From Planctomycetota bacterium (GTDB lineage: Bacteria > Planctomycetota > MHYJ01 > JACQXL01), in contig JBBTIZ010000069.1 in the NCBI GenBank assembly GCA_038059695.1, positions 2,969 to 66,968 of the forward strand: a DNA stretch of 64,000 bases, read 5' to 3'. Position numbers and translations under genes: made by a program. Below, in pieces: positions 27,678 through 37,826 of this stretch. Under the pieces are notes generated by a model. It ran no database searches, was not told where the DNA came from, and saw nothing but the letters and a program-made list of their open reading frames with translations. Positions within the stretch are counted from its first letter, which is position 1. Each line of letters starts with the position of its first letter.

Positions 27678-28233
27678 ATAAATTCTCTCTTAGTTTTATT
27701 CTGGCCCGGGCTAAATAGCCCATGACGCTGCCTATAGGCATATCCAGGATTTTACTAATCTCCTCATAGGAAAACTCGGCCATTGCACGAAGCAGGAAGA
27801 CCTGACGTTCGTTATCAGGCAGAGCCACCACTGATTCTTTTACCTTATCCTCCATTGTATCAAGTAACTCAGACAAATGAACAACTGAAGAAGTAACAAC
27901 CCCCTCCAATCCCCCTTTGTTAAGGGGGAAATCAGTGGTTGTTGGCGCTTCAGTTTCATCGTTTACCCTGGATGGATTCTTTAGTTCCTCGGTTTTCTTA
28001 TGGGCCCGATTCAGGTTACGCACCACATAATTGGCAATATGGAACATCCAGACCCGGAACCATTTCTCATCTCCGGAAAACGATGCGAACTTCTTCCAGC
28101 CCTCAAGAGCCGTATTCTGGAAGGCATCCTCAAATTGCTCCTTATTCCAGATTATATACCTGATATAATTCATCAGGGGTTTTCGGCACGACTCCAGCCA
28201 GCCGATAAACTCCTTATGCTTTTTTTTATCCAT
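27646..28233 (-). CDS. ECF-type sigma-70 family factor
   Basis: Region 2-like FEDAFQNTALEGWKKF and region 4 ERQVFLLRAMAEFSYEEISKILDMPIGSVMGYLARARIKLRE. Confidence 0.8.
   Translation of the reverse strand: MDKKKHKEFIGWLESCRKPLMNYIRYIIWNKEQFEDAFQNTALEGWKKFASFSGDEKWFRVWMFHIANYVVRNLNRAHKKTEELKNPSRVNDETEAPTTTDFPLNKGGLEGVVTSSVVHLSELLDTMEDKVKESVVALPDNERQVFLLRAMAEFSYEEISKILDMPIGSVMGYLARARIKLRENLYEYARELKYI
27898..27940. repeat. CCCCC..GGGGG palindromic element inside the sigma factor ORF
   Basis: AACCCCCTCCAATCCCCCTTTGTTAAGGGGGAAATCAGTGGTT, read through as ..TTTDFPLNKGGLEGVV.. Confidence 0.75.
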
Positions 28234-28316
28234 ATATATAATGTTACCAACCAATGAGAATATTACAACCTTTTAGCAAATCTATTTAATTCATTGTATG
28301 GAATTTCAAAGGATAG

Positions 28317-28360
28317 CCACTAAGACACAAAGAATTCTTAGTGTCTTGGTGTCTTTGTGG
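28317..28360. repeat. Inverted run of CCACTAAG/ACACAAAG-type 8-9-bp modules
   Basis: CCACTAAGACACAAAGAATTCTTAGTGTCTTGGTGTCTTTGTGG. Confidence 0.75.
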
Positions 28361-28457
28361 CAACAAGATTTATTATTATTTTCTTTGACATTGATATAGA
28401 AGTGTCTATAAATATACCCAGTTATCAGGTATTCAATGGAATAACAAGGACGTCTGA

Positions 28458-29597
28458 ATGGATTTTCGCCTGACCGAAGAACAAAAGATGCTCCAGCAGA
28501 CCATCAGGGAGTTTGCTGAAAGTGAAATCAAACCGCTGGCCGCAGAATCAGACCACTCGGGCAAATTCCCCATAGAAACAATAAAGAAATTAGCAGAACT
28601 CGGGTTTATGGGCATCCCCTTCCCGGAGAAATACGGCGGTGCCGGACTTGATTACGTCTCTTATGCAGTGGCCATAGAGGAAATCTCAACGGCCTGCGCC
28701 TCGACCGGAGTGATTGTCTCGGCCCATACCTCGCTCTGCTGCGATCCGATATATTCGGCCGGCACAGAAGAGCAGAAACAGAAATTCCTGACTCCCCTGG
28801 CTAAGGGCGTCAAAATCGGATGCCTGGGCTTGACCGAGCCATCAGCCGGCTCTGATGCGGCTAATATCAAAACCAGCGCAGTTGCGGACGGCAATAATTG
28901 GATTATTAACGGCACGAAACTCTTTATCACCAACGGCGCTCAGGCTGATATTGCCGTAATTACCGCCTTTACCGATAAGACACAAGGACATAAAGGCATT
29001 TCCACTTTTATCGTGGAAAAAGGTACGCCCGGATTTAAGGTCGGCAAGGTAGAAGAGAAGTTAGGCATTAAGGCATCATCAACGTCTGAACTTATCTTTG
29101 AGGACTGCCGAATACCCAAGGAAAACATATTAGGCCCATTGGGCGGCGGATTCAAGATTGCACTGCAGACCTTAGACGGCGGGCGAATCGGCATTGCAGC
29201 CCAGGCTGTGGGCATTGCCCGAGCCGCGCTTGAGGCCTCCATAAAATATTCTAAGGAGCGCACCCAATTCAACCAGCCTATTTCCAATTTCCAGGCCATC
29301 CAGTGGATGCTGGCGGATATGGCCACCCAGATAGATGCGGCGCGGCTCCTGACCCTGCGGGCCGCCTGGCTCAAGGATGCCAAGGAACGGTTCTCACAAC
29401 AATCGGCCATGGCCAAACTATTTGCCTCGGAGGTAGCCACTGATGCGGCTCACAAGGCCATCCAGATTTACGGCGGATACGGTTACACCAAGGATTATCC
29501 GGTGGAACGATTCTACCGCGATGCCCGGATTACCGAAATTTACGAAGGAACATCAGAGATACAACGACTGGTAATAGCAAGTAATTTACTCCGATAG
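28458..29597 (+). CDS. Acyl-CoA dehydrogenase (short/butyryl-CoA type)
   Basis: MDFRLTEEQKMLQ, GCLGLTEPSAGSDA and YEGTSEIQRLVIA. Confidence 0.9.
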   Translation: MDFRLTEEQKMLQQTIREFAESEIKPLAAESDHSGKFPIETIKKLAELGFMGIPFPEKYGGAGLDYVSYAVAIEEISTACASTGVIVSAHTSLCCDPIYSAGTEEQKQKFLTPLAKGVKIGCLGLTEPSAGSDAANIKTSAVADGNNWIINGTKLFITNGAQADIAVITAFTDKTQGHKGISTFIVEKGTPGFKVGKVEEKLGIKASSTSELIFEDCRIPKENILGPLGGGFKIALQTLDGGRIGIAAQAVGIARAALEASIKYSKERTQFNQPISNFQAIQWMLADMATQIDAARLLTLRAAWLKDAKERFSQQSAMAKLFASEVATDAAHKAIQIYGGYGYTKDYPVERFYRDARITEIYEGTSEIQRLVIASNLLR

Positions 29598-29645
29598 CAA
29601 GGTATAATCCTGCCAGCAGGCGGGATCTAAGAGAGGGGAATACTT

Positions 29646-30527
29646 ATGGGCCTGTGCATTTATCTTAACGGCAAATTCCATACCAAACGCGAGGAAGCAA
29701 CGGTTTCGGTTTATGACCACGGATTCCTCTATGGCGACGGCGTATTTGAGGGCATCCGGGTTTATGACGGCAAGGTATTCAAACTCCACGAGCACATCAA
29801 ACGGCTCTACCAATCCGCTATTTCCATAATGCTCAAAATCCCGTTTGGACAGGAAAAGATGGAGCAACTGGTGATAGAGACCTGCCGCAAAACGGAATTA
29901 AAGGATATCTATATTCGCTTGGTGGTCTCCCGCGGCGCCGGTGATTTGGGGCTTGACCCGCGCAAGTGTTCCGAGCCGACTATCGTTATTATGGCGGACA
30001 AGATTGCCCTTTATCCGCCGGAGAAATACCAGACCGGCATCAAGGTCATCTCTTCAGCTACCAGACGCAATCGCCCGGATACGCTTAATTCACAGATAAA
30101 ATCATTGAACTACCTCAATAATATCCTGGCCAAGTTGGAGACATTTACCTACGGGGCAGATGAAGCCATTATGCTCAATGACGAGGGCTATGTCTCTGAA
30201 GCCACGGCTGATAATGTCTTTATCGTCAAGAACTCGCACAAGTTATACACCCCGCCGGCATATTTAGGCATACTGGAAGGCATCACCCGGGGCTGTGTCA
30301 TTGAGATTGCCAAAAAGATGGATTATCAGATGATTGAGGAACCGTTTACCGTGCACGATATCTACACCTCCGAGGAATGTTTCCTGACCGGGTCCGGGGC
30401 AGAACTGATTCCGGTGATAGAAATAGACGACCGACCCATAGGCGACGGCAAACCGGGCAAACACTTCAAGAAATTATTAGACGCCTACCAGAAAATGACC
30501 CATAGCGAAGGCGTGCCGATTGGGTAA
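29646..30527 (+). CDS. ilvE: Branched-chain amino acid aminotransferase (class IV)
   Basis: HGFLYGDGVFEGIRVY, RLVVSRG and LEGITR. Confidence 0.85.
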   Translation: MGLCIYLNGKFHTKREEATVSVYDHGFLYGDGVFEGIRVYDGKVFKLHEHIKRLYQSAISIMLKIPFGQEKMEQLVIETCRKTELKDIYIRLVVSRGAGDLGLDPRKCSEPTIVIMADKIALYPPEKYQTGIKVISSATRRNRPDTLNSQIKSLNYLNNILAKLETFTYGADEAIMLNDEGYVSEATADNVFIVKNSHKLYTPPAYLGILEGITRGCVIEIAKKMDYQMIEEPFTVHDIYTSEECFLTGSGAELIPVIEIDDRPIGDGKPGKHFKKLLDAYQKMTHSEGVPIG

Positions 30528-30534
30528 TTATTAA

Positions 30535-31575
30535 TTACTTCTTTAGATTCTTGAGAATCTCAGGGAGCTTATTAAGGATTGCCTGTTCTTTAAGGTGTTC
30601 GCGGTAGGGCCGGGCCGGAAAACCGGCGACCATAGTATCAGGCGGAATGTCTTTGACCACGCCTGATTTGGCGCCGACCTTAACATTATCTCCGATAGTA
30701 ACGTGTCCATCAACCCCGCTGTGACCGGCCAGTATGACATTCTTGCCAATCTTGGCAGAGCCGCCGATGACTGCGCCGGCAATAATAAGGGTGTTCTCGC
30801 CGACTTCAACATTGTGGGCAATATGAACCAGGTTATCGATCTTGACGTTTTTCCTAATGATGGTTGAGCCAAATCTGGCCCGGTCAACCGTGCAGTTAGC
30901 GCCTAATTCCACATTGTCTTCAATGACCACATTGCCCCTCTGCGGTAGTTTCATCCTCTTGGCTTCCCGCCCGCCTTCGGCGTTCGGGCGGGTTTCCAGA
31001 GTAAATCCAAATCCGTCAGAGCCAATAACTGTCCCGCTGTGGATTATAACATTATCTCCGAGTACCGTATCTTCCCTAATAACCACATTGGGATAAATCA
31101 GGCAGTTTCTGCCTATCTTAACCGAGTGACCGATATAAACACTGGGATAAATAATTGTCTTTTCTCCAATCACACTGCCCTTTTCAATGACCGTAAAGAT
31201 GCCGACGGAAACGCCTTTAGCTAATTTCACACCTTTGGCAACAGATGACTTAGAATGGATACCTTTATAGACATTATCCTGGGGCGGATTGAGATATTCC
31301 ACCACCCGACTAAATGCCAAGTCAGGGTTATCTGCCAGAATCACGGTTATACCTAATGGTGCCTCCTTGAATGCCTGCGCCATTAGTATGGCTGACGCCT
31401 TAGTGTCTTTAAGAAGCGGTAAATATTTCTGGTTGGCCAAGAAGGTGATATCGCCTGACTTTGCTTGGTCAATCGTAGCATAGTTTCTGATAACAATATC
31501 TTTATTGCCAGAAATGACCTTGCCGTTGAGCAATTTAGCGATGGATTCAGCAGTAGGAAATGAGGTTCGTTTCAT
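30535..31575 (-). CDS. lpxD: UDP-3-O-acylglucosamine N-acyltransferase
   Basis: N-terminal LpxD domain plus long hexapeptide repeats. Adjacent to skp and bamA. Confidence 0.9.
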   Translation of the reverse strand: MKRTSFPTAESIAKLLNGKVISGNKDIVIRNYATIDQAKSGDITFLANQKYLPLLKDTKASAILMAQAFKEAPLGITVILADNPDLAFSRVVEYLNPPQDNVYKGIHSKSSVAKGVKLAKGVSVGIFTVIEKGSVIGEKTIIYPSVYIGHSVKIGRNCLIYPNVVIREDTVLGDNVIIHSGTVIGSDGFGFTLETRPNAEGGREAKRMKLPQRGNVVIEDNVELGANCTVDRARFGSTIIRKNVKIDNLVHIAHNVEVGENTLIIAGAVIGGSAKIGKNVILAGHSGVDGHVTIGDNVKVGAKSGVVKDIPPDTMVAGFPARPYREHLKEQAILNKLPEILKNLKK

Positions 31576-31612
31576 ATAGTTGCCTAGATATCACGCCTGA
31601 TACTACCTACTT

Positions 31613-32323
31613 TTACTTGTTCAATATCTTAATAATATCCTCGGTGATATCCGTTTCTCTGGGCGCATAGAGGACAGTCCTGATACTAATTTGCTGGGTC
31701 ACATCATCACCCTGAGGAGTCGCGGATAACGTCGGGTCTGACTTAAAAATAAAGGTATAACCATTATCAACCGCATATTTAGTTATTGTCTCACGAATCT
31801 CTTTATATAATTTAAGAGTTTGCTCATTAACCTTATTCTTGATATGCTCATTCCAGGTTTTAGCCCTGTATTCATATCGGGCTTGTTCTTTAGCTAATTC
31901 CTCGCTCTTCTCTCGATAGAGTTCACTACCAGGCGATAATACATCTATTTCTTCCCGTAATTTCTTTATCTTCATTTTTATTTCGTTTATAAGTAATTCC
32001 TCACGTTCTTTCTCTTTCTGCAGTATTCTCTCATATTCCTTGGTCTTGCTGTATTTATCAAAAACTTCGGCAATATTAACCACGCCGACCTTGAACGGAA
32101 ATGCCGCAATGTTCGGATTGGGTTTTATTTCTGTCCCCGGTGTATCAGCCGAAGGCGTCTTTACATCAGGCGGCGCGGTATGTTCGGAATCCAGCGCCCC
32201 TACGGGACTTCCTGCGGTCGCCGGCCTGGGCAGCGGCGTGGCATCATCCTGGGCGATAATGGCCGAATAACAGCCAATTATACCAATTATAATAATCCCA
32301 ATAATAACACCTGTGGTCTTCAT
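31613..32323 (-). CDS. skp: OmpH/Skp-family periplasmic chaperone
   Basis: Signal/TM, coiled-coil KE-rich core, and its position between bamA and lpxD. ATG at 32323 has an AAAGGAG SD, and the longer ORF crosses a repeat. Confidence 0.7.
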   Translation of the reverse strand: MKTTGVIIGIIIIGIIGCYSAIIAQDDATPLPRPATAGSPVGALDSEHTAPPDVKTPSADTPGTEIKPNPNIAAFPFKVGVVNIAEVFDKYSKTKEYERILQKEKEREELLINEIKMKIKKLREEIDVLSPGSELYREKSEELAKEQARYEYRAKTWNEHIKNKVNEQTLKLYKEIRETITKYAVDNGYTFIFKSDPTLSATPQGDDVTQQISIRTVLYAPRETDITEDIIKILNK

Positions 32324-32464
32324 AAGCAATCTCCTTTTAGGGAGTGTTAGCATACACCGATGAATATCGGCGGAGGCGTTACAGTCCCTTATCCCGCCTA
32401 AAGGCGGGATTTCTATTATTTTCATCCAGTTATTCTATAATAACCATATTATAATTGCAAGTTT

Positions 32465-34945
32465 CTAAAATCCAAATCCCAAATTCATCTGAATGCGTTG
32501 AATCTCGTCATCCGGCTGTTGCCTAAGGGGATAGGCAATATCCAACGATACCGGAATCATTCCTATCTGGAATCTTAAGCCGTAGCCGAAAGATGTCCGG
32601 GTGGTCGCCCATTTGAATTCATCCCAGGTATTAACCACATTGGCCGCATCGTAGAAAACACCGAACCTCATAATCTCCATCGTAGCGCCGGCCATTTCCT
32701 CGGTATATAGCGGATAAGATAATTCGCTATTAAAAACCCCCATAATTTTACCGCCCACCGGCACGCCATCCACCTTTGGGCTAATCGTTCGGTACCTAAA
32801 GCCCCGAGCGCTCTTAAATCCGCCGCCATAGAACTTCTCAAAGAAAGGCGTAACGGCAGTATCGCCGAACCGCTCCACTTGCCCCAATTTGGAGTTAATA
32901 CTCAGGACAATAGGTTTATTATCTGACAAGTCAAATAAGGTATTATATTTATCAGCCGTAAGAATGGTTTTTGTGAAATCGAAATCACCGCCCAGGAATC
33001 CGCCGGCATATTCTTCCGAGAGACGCACCCGATAGCCGCCGTTGGGGAAATACCATCGGTTCCGGGTATCATTCTCTATAAAATAAGTAATGCTTTGCTG
33101 AGAATTACTGCCTCTTAAATCCTTAATCGACTGCGGCGCATCCGAATCCACATTACTAATATCAATCTGTTCAGTACGCGGTCCGGCACCTATCAACAAG
33201 GTTTTCTTGAAACGTTTAGCCAGGGTAAAATCAATGCTATCACGATTTTCGCTGTAATCAATCCAATCGCGTTCAAATCCGGAGATGTTGACATTCAATT
33301 CCAGTGGTTTATCATAAACATACGGCTCGGTGAAAGAGATGCCATATTGCGAGGTTGAAATGCCCGGTTGCCAGCTAAGCCGAAGCCGCTGGCCGCCCCC
33401 GGCAAATGACTTGCCGGTGAAAAATCCAGCGAAACTCTCGGGCGGATTGGCCAGGTCAAAATTTATCTGGTCATACTGAATAATGCCGCTAAATCCGAAA
33501 CTGGAACTGTAGCCGCCGCCGAAATTCAGCATCCCGGTAGTAGTTTCGTCAACCTTGAGTACCATATTCTTATGCTGGGGCAGAGAGCCCTCTTCTATAT
33601 CAAAATCCATGTCCTTAAAGTAACGGGTGCGGCTGACCCGGTCTAAACTTTCCCTGATTAAACTGTAGTCCATCAACTCGCCCGGAGCAATGACCATCTC
33701 GCGACGAATCACCTTGTCCTTGGTCTTATCATTGCCGATGATTTTTATCTTCTCCAGATAACTGGGCTGGCCTTCTTTAACCTCGTATGCCAAATCCACA
33801 ATAGCCGGCTTGGCCGGGAAGTGGGTCTTTATCTCCACATCGCAGTCAATATAACCTAATTTGCCGTAGAGCGCCTTAATGGAATTAATATCCTTAAGAA
33901 TGGCTTCCATCTCATATACCGCCCCCGCTTTTACCTTGGTCTTGGCAAAGATATCAGCAGTAGTAATAATCTTATTATCCGATACGATGAGTTTACCAAC
34001 CTTAAAACGTTCACCTTCATCAATGTGAATAGTAATCGTAACCAGGTTCTTTCTGGAATTAAAGGCCACATCCTCGATAAAAATGTTGACATCCAGCCAG
34101 CCGCTATCACGGTAAAATTTCTTGAGCCGTTCCACATCCAGAACAAGTTCTTTTTCCTGGTAATAGGTGGCATTGTCCTGTTTTATTGCATTATAAAGTG
34201 GATGCTCATAAAATATCTCATAAAAGACGTTATATGCCTTTCCCCAGATATATTTAGGCGGTTCATATGGGAATGATTTGTTCCCGTTGAAAAGAATATC
34301 GCTTATCTTGACCTTAGGCCCCTCGCGGATTATATAGGTAAGAATCTTTCCCTTAATGCCGTTATCCACGCGGTAGTTTATATCAACAAAATAGTAGCCC
34401 TTTTCCAGGTATTTATCAACCAGTGCCTTGATATCTGCCTTAACCAAAAACGTATTCAACGCTGAATTATCATTAATCTTAAGAACTCCCTTCAAGGCGC
34501 TCAGAGAAAACTCATCCACTCCTTCAAACTTAACCTCCAGAATCATTACTGATTCTTCCACGGTCAGGATAATCTTTACTTTTTCGCCGGCAACCACATC
34601 ATCCACTTTCCAGTCAATCTTGAGAAAAAGATTGCTTTCATAAAGCCGGCGGATATCCTCTTCCAGAACTGACTGGGAAAACGGCTCGCCTTTTTTGGAC
34701 TGCAGTTTATTTAATATGGTCTGGTGATTCACCTGCTGCAGTCCGACTATTTCTATAGAGTCAATGACCGGTGCCTTTTTAGGTTCTTTGGCTGGCGGCA
34801 TCAAAGGCGCCGTGGTCGTGGGAGATACAATATCTGCTGACTTAGGCGGTTCTGGTTTCTGATTGTCCTGCGCATAAAACAAAGTATTACCTGTCAACCA
34901 AACCAGACAGAGAATTAGAATGCTGGTACAAAATAATCTCTTCAT
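32465..34945 (-). CDS. bamA: Outer membrane protein assembly factor BamA
   Basis: POTRA-like repeats, a C-terminal beta-barrel and a terminal NLGFGF. Confidence 0.9.
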   Translation of the reverse strand: MKRLFCTSILILCLVWLTGNTLFYAQDNQKPEPPKSADIVSPTTTAPLMPPAKEPKKAPVIDSIEIVGLQQVNHQTILNKLQSKKGEPFSQSVLEEDIRRLYESNLFLKIDWKVDDVVAGEKVKIILTVEESVMILEVKFEGVDEFSLSALKGVLKINDNSALNTFLVKADIKALVDKYLEKGYYFVDINYRVDNGIKGKILTYIIREGPKVKISDILFNGNKSFPYEPPKYIWGKAYNVFYEIFYEHPLYNAIKQDNATYYQEKELVLDVERLKKFYRDSGWLDVNIFIEDVAFNSRKNLVTITIHIDEGERFKVGKLIVSDNKIITTADIFAKTKVKAGAVYEMEAILKDINSIKALYGKLGYIDCDVEIKTHFPAKPAIVDLAYEVKEGQPSYLEKIKIIGNDKTKDKVIRREMVIAPGELMDYSLIRESLDRVSRTRYFKDMDFDIEEGSLPQHKNMVLKVDETTTGMLNFGGGYSSSFGFSGIIQYDQINFDLANPPESFAGFFTGKSFAGGGQRLRLSWQPGISTSQYGISFTEPYVYDKPLELNVNISGFERDWIDYSENRDSIDFTLAKRFKKTLLIGAGPRTEQIDISNVDSDAPQSIKDLRGSNSQQSITYFIENDTRNRWYFPNGGYRVRLSEEYAGGFLGGDFDFTKTILTADKYNTLFDLSDNKPIVLSINSKLGQVERFGDTAVTPFFEKFYGGGFKSARGFRYRTISPKVDGVPVGGKIMGVFNSELSYPLYTEEMAGATMEIMRFGVFYDAANVVNTWDEFKWATTRTSFGYGLRFQIGMIPVSLDIAYPLRQQPDDEIQRIQMNLGFGF

Positions 34946-36342
34946 CAGATTTCGTCTCCCATCATAGACATATCTTCCTGGGTAAGGTCTTCAAAACGGT
35001 AGAATTCTTTCAGGAAAGCGACCGACACGGTTTCTCCGGACGGGCCATTTCTCTGCTTGCCGATATTAATCTCGCACTGATTTTTGACGGTCGGGTCATC
35101 CTGATTATACATTTCATCGCGATAAAGAAGTAAAACCACATCGGCATCCTGTTCAATGGCGCCGGATTCACGCAGGTCGGAAAGCCGGGGCCTGGGATGT
35201 TTCTTGTTTCTGGTGGGCTCATGCTTTTCCGCCTCACGGCTTAACTGGGCCATCGCGACTACCGGTATATCAAGTTCCTTAGCCAAACTCTTAAGCGAGG
35301 ATGAAATATAGGCGATTTCCCTTTCCCGGTTATCTGCATGCTCCCATCTCATCAACTGAAGGTAGTCAACAATAATCAACTTGATATCGTGCTGGCTTTT
35401 CAGCCGCCTGGAACGATTCTTTAAATCAAAGACCGAAAGCCCTGAGGTATCGTCAATAAAGACCGGCGAATCCTCCAGTAGACCGCAGACATCAAGGATA
35501 TGGCGGCGTTCCTCCTCGGAAAGCATTCCGCTTCTTAACTTTGTGCTGTTAATCCTTGCCGTGGAACAAAGCAGATTTTTGACTATCTGTTCAGATGTAA
35601 CTTCAAGGGTAAACAGGGCTACAGGTTTTTTATCCCTAATTGCAATATCATCAAGGAGCCGCAGGGCAAAACTGGATTTACCGCTGCCGGGCCGACCGGC
35701 TACGATAATAAGTTGTGAAGGATGCAGACCACCGGTCCTGTCATCCAACATTGTTAAACCGGTAGTCAGACCGGTAACCCTTTCGGCTTTATCCCTGATT
35801 TGGTTGTGGACATTCCTGATAATCTGCTTGATACTGATTACACGGGATTTATCTTTTTCCTGAGAAAGTTCAAAGATACGTTTCTGGGCATCCTCCAGCA
35901 ATTTCTCTGATTCTACTTCTCCACGGCTACTTCTCTGCACCATATCATAGGAAATAATAATCAGTTGGCGCAGGATATATTTTTCCCTGATAATCTCAGC
36001 ATAGTATGGGGCATTGCTGGCTGTAGGAACGGATTCCAGAATGGAGACGATATTCTCATACCCGCCGGCCTTGTCAAGATTTCCCTTCTTAAGGAGTTCA
36101 TCCTTGAGAGTAACTATATCAAGGGGATGCCGCTGGTCGTACAACTCCATCATCGTCTCAAATATCAACTTATGGGGCAGGTGGTAGAAGTGATCGGTCT
36201 TGATTCTCTCGGATACGTCACCCATTTGACTGTTATCAATCATCAATGAGCCGAGCAGGGCGCTTTCGGCATTCAAGTCGTAGGGGTATTGGAAGTCGCC
36301 GACTGAGGTGTTTTTGGTGCTGTGAATGGTTTCCGTCGCCAT
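34945..36342 (-). CDS. dnaB: Replicative DNA helicase
   Basis: AGRPGSGKSSFAL Walker A, IIVDYLQLM and SRGAIEQDADVV-like motifs. Confidence 0.95.
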   Translation of the reverse strand: MATETIHSTKNTSVGDFQYPYDLNAESALLGSLMIDNSQMGDVSERIKTDHFYHLPHKLIFETMMELYDQRHPLDIVTLKDELLKKGNLDKAGGYENIVSILESVPTASNAPYYAEIIREKYILRQLIIISYDMVQRSSRGEVESEKLLEDAQKRIFELSQEKDKSRVISIKQIIRNVHNQIRDKAERVTGLTTGLTMLDDRTGGLHPSQLIIVAGRPGSGKSSFALRLLDDIAIRDKKPVALFTLEVTSEQIVKNLLCSTARINSTKLRSGMLSEEERRHILDVCGLLEDSPVFIDDTSGLSVFDLKNRSRRLKSQHDIKLIIVDYLQLMRWEHADNREREIAYISSSLKSLAKELDIPVVAMAQLSREAEKHEPTRNKKHPRPRLSDLRESGAIEQDADVVLLLYRDEMYNQDDPTVKNQCEINIGKQRNGPSGETVSVAFLKEFYRFEDLTQEDMSMMGDEI

Positions 36343-36364
36343 AATCTCATTATTTCTCTTAGAG

Positions 36365-36440
36365 TCCCGCTTAAGGCGGGAATCTTATTAGTCGCTGTTA
36401 TCCCGAATGCTTTCGGGAGTTATCAGCGACTTATCCCGAC
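36365..36440. repeat. Palindromic repeat block (TCCCGC..GCGGGA and AGTCGCTG..CAGCGACT with TTATCCCG motifs)
   Basis: Inverted arms seen directly upstream of dnaB. Confidence 0.65.
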
Positions 36441-36513
36441 TATTTCGCCCAGAAATAATCTGGACTACGCTCACGCTTCGTCGAGAGACCCACAGGGCTA
36501 TACCATCTATCTT

Positions 36514-37002
36514 CTAATGCTCGGCACGAGGCGCCTTTGGTTCTGCTTCCTCCACGACCCACAAACGGCAGGTGGCTGAAATCTCAGGATTAAGTTCTAT
36601 CTTAACCCGGTAAACACCCAATTCCTTTATCGGTGTTTCCAGTTTTATCATTTCCTCTTTAATGCCGACAACATTCTCTTTAGTTAAGGCATCAATAATT
36701 ACCTGGGGCGCAACCGAGCCGAACAAAATGCCCTCCTCGTTTGCCTTGACCTCTATGGTGCAGGAAGCGCTTTCTATCTTTGATGAAAGTTCTTTGAGAT
36801 TGCTTACCATTTCAACCTCGGAGCGAACCGAACGCTTCTTTTCTCTTTCCAATTCCAGGAGTCCTTCCTTGGTCGGCAAGAGCGCCAATTTCTGCGGAAA
36901 GAGATAATTACGGGCATACCCCTTACTGACCTTAACCACCTCACCGCGATTACCCAAGGTCTTTATGTCTTTCTTCAATAACACTTCTATTACATTGCTC
37001 AT
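36514..37002 (-). CDS. rplI: Ribosomal protein L9
   Basis: VIEVLLKKDIKTLGNRGEVVKVSKGYARNYLFP. Confidence 0.9.
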   Translation of the reverse strand: MSNVIEVLLKKDIKTLGNRGEVVKVSKGYARNYLFPQKLALLPTKEGLLELEREKKRSVRSEVEMVSNLKELSSKIESASCTIEVKANEEGILFGSVAPQVIIDALTKENVVGIKEEMIKLETPIKELGVYRVKIELNPEISATCRLWVVEEAEPKAPRAEH

Positions 37003-37012
37003 TTATCGACTC

Positions 37013-37279
37013 CTATCTCATTCCTGGATAAGGTATCAAGGCCATATAACGGGCCAACTTGATGGCATTGTCTACCTTGCGCTGGTGTTTAATGCAGTTG
37101 CTGTTGCGTCTGCGGGTTGATATTTTACCCTGCTGGTTATGGAATCGCTGCAGGGTTTGCACGTCCTTATAATCTATCAGCCGGTTTTTATCCTTACAAA
37201 AACGGCATTTACCCATTTTCCTGAAACTCGGCTTGCCTCTTCTGCCTCTACCTTTAAACTCTTTCTTTATCATCTTCAT
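37013..37279 (-). CDS. rpsR: Ribosomal protein S18
   Basis: CRFCKD...IDYKDVQTLQRF...GKI..RR. Confidence 0.9.
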   Translation of the reverse strand: MKMIKKEFKGRGRRGKPSFRKMGKCRFCKDKNRLIDYKDVQTLQRFHNQQGKISTRRRNSNCIKHQRKVDNAIKLARYMALIPYPGMR

Positions 37280-37314
37280 CTTATTTTTTCCTATCTAATA
37301 TATTTCAACTGTTA

Positions 37315-37755
37315 TTAAAACGGAATATCGTCCTCGACTCCGGCATCAGGCAATTCATCCTGAGGCGTTCCTTTTGAAGGTATTTCTTCCCTCATCGTTT
37401 CCTCGCCGCCCACGCCGTCGCCTTTTGGCTTGGCACCGACAAACTGAACCCGACTAGCCACAACCTTCGCTTTAGAGTGTTTCTGCCCGTCTTTTTCCCA
37501 TTTATCTATTTGCAATCTCCCTTCAATAAGCGCAGAACTTCCTTTCTTCAGGAAAGTCGCGCAATTCTCCGCCTGTTTCTTCCAAACCACGATATCTATG
37601 AATAACGGGTCTTCCTTGCGCTCTCCGCTGGCAGTCAGGTACGAATTATTCACAGCCAGCCCTAATTTGCAAACCGCTGCTCCCTGAGGCGTGTAACTCA
37701 GTTCCGGGTCGCGGGTCAAATTACCCATCAATATCACCTTATTAAAACTTGCCAT
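37315..37755 (-). CDS. ssb: Single-stranded DNA-binding protein
   Basis: NKVILMGNLTRDPEL and an acidic tail DDIPF. ATG at 37755 has an AAGGAG SD. Confidence 0.9.
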   Translation of the reverse strand: MASFNKVILMGNLTRDPELSYTPQGAAVCKLGLAVNNSYLTASGERKEDPLFIDIVVWKKQAENCATFLKKGSSALIEGRLQIDKWEKDGQKHSKAKVVASRVQFVGAKPKGDGVGGEETMREEIPSKGTPQDELPDAGVEDDIPF

Positions 37756-37826
37756 ATTCTTCTCCTTAACCGCTTTCCCGACACGCGGTATCCCTGTGAA
37801 ACGGGTTAGCAAATATTACCATTACC

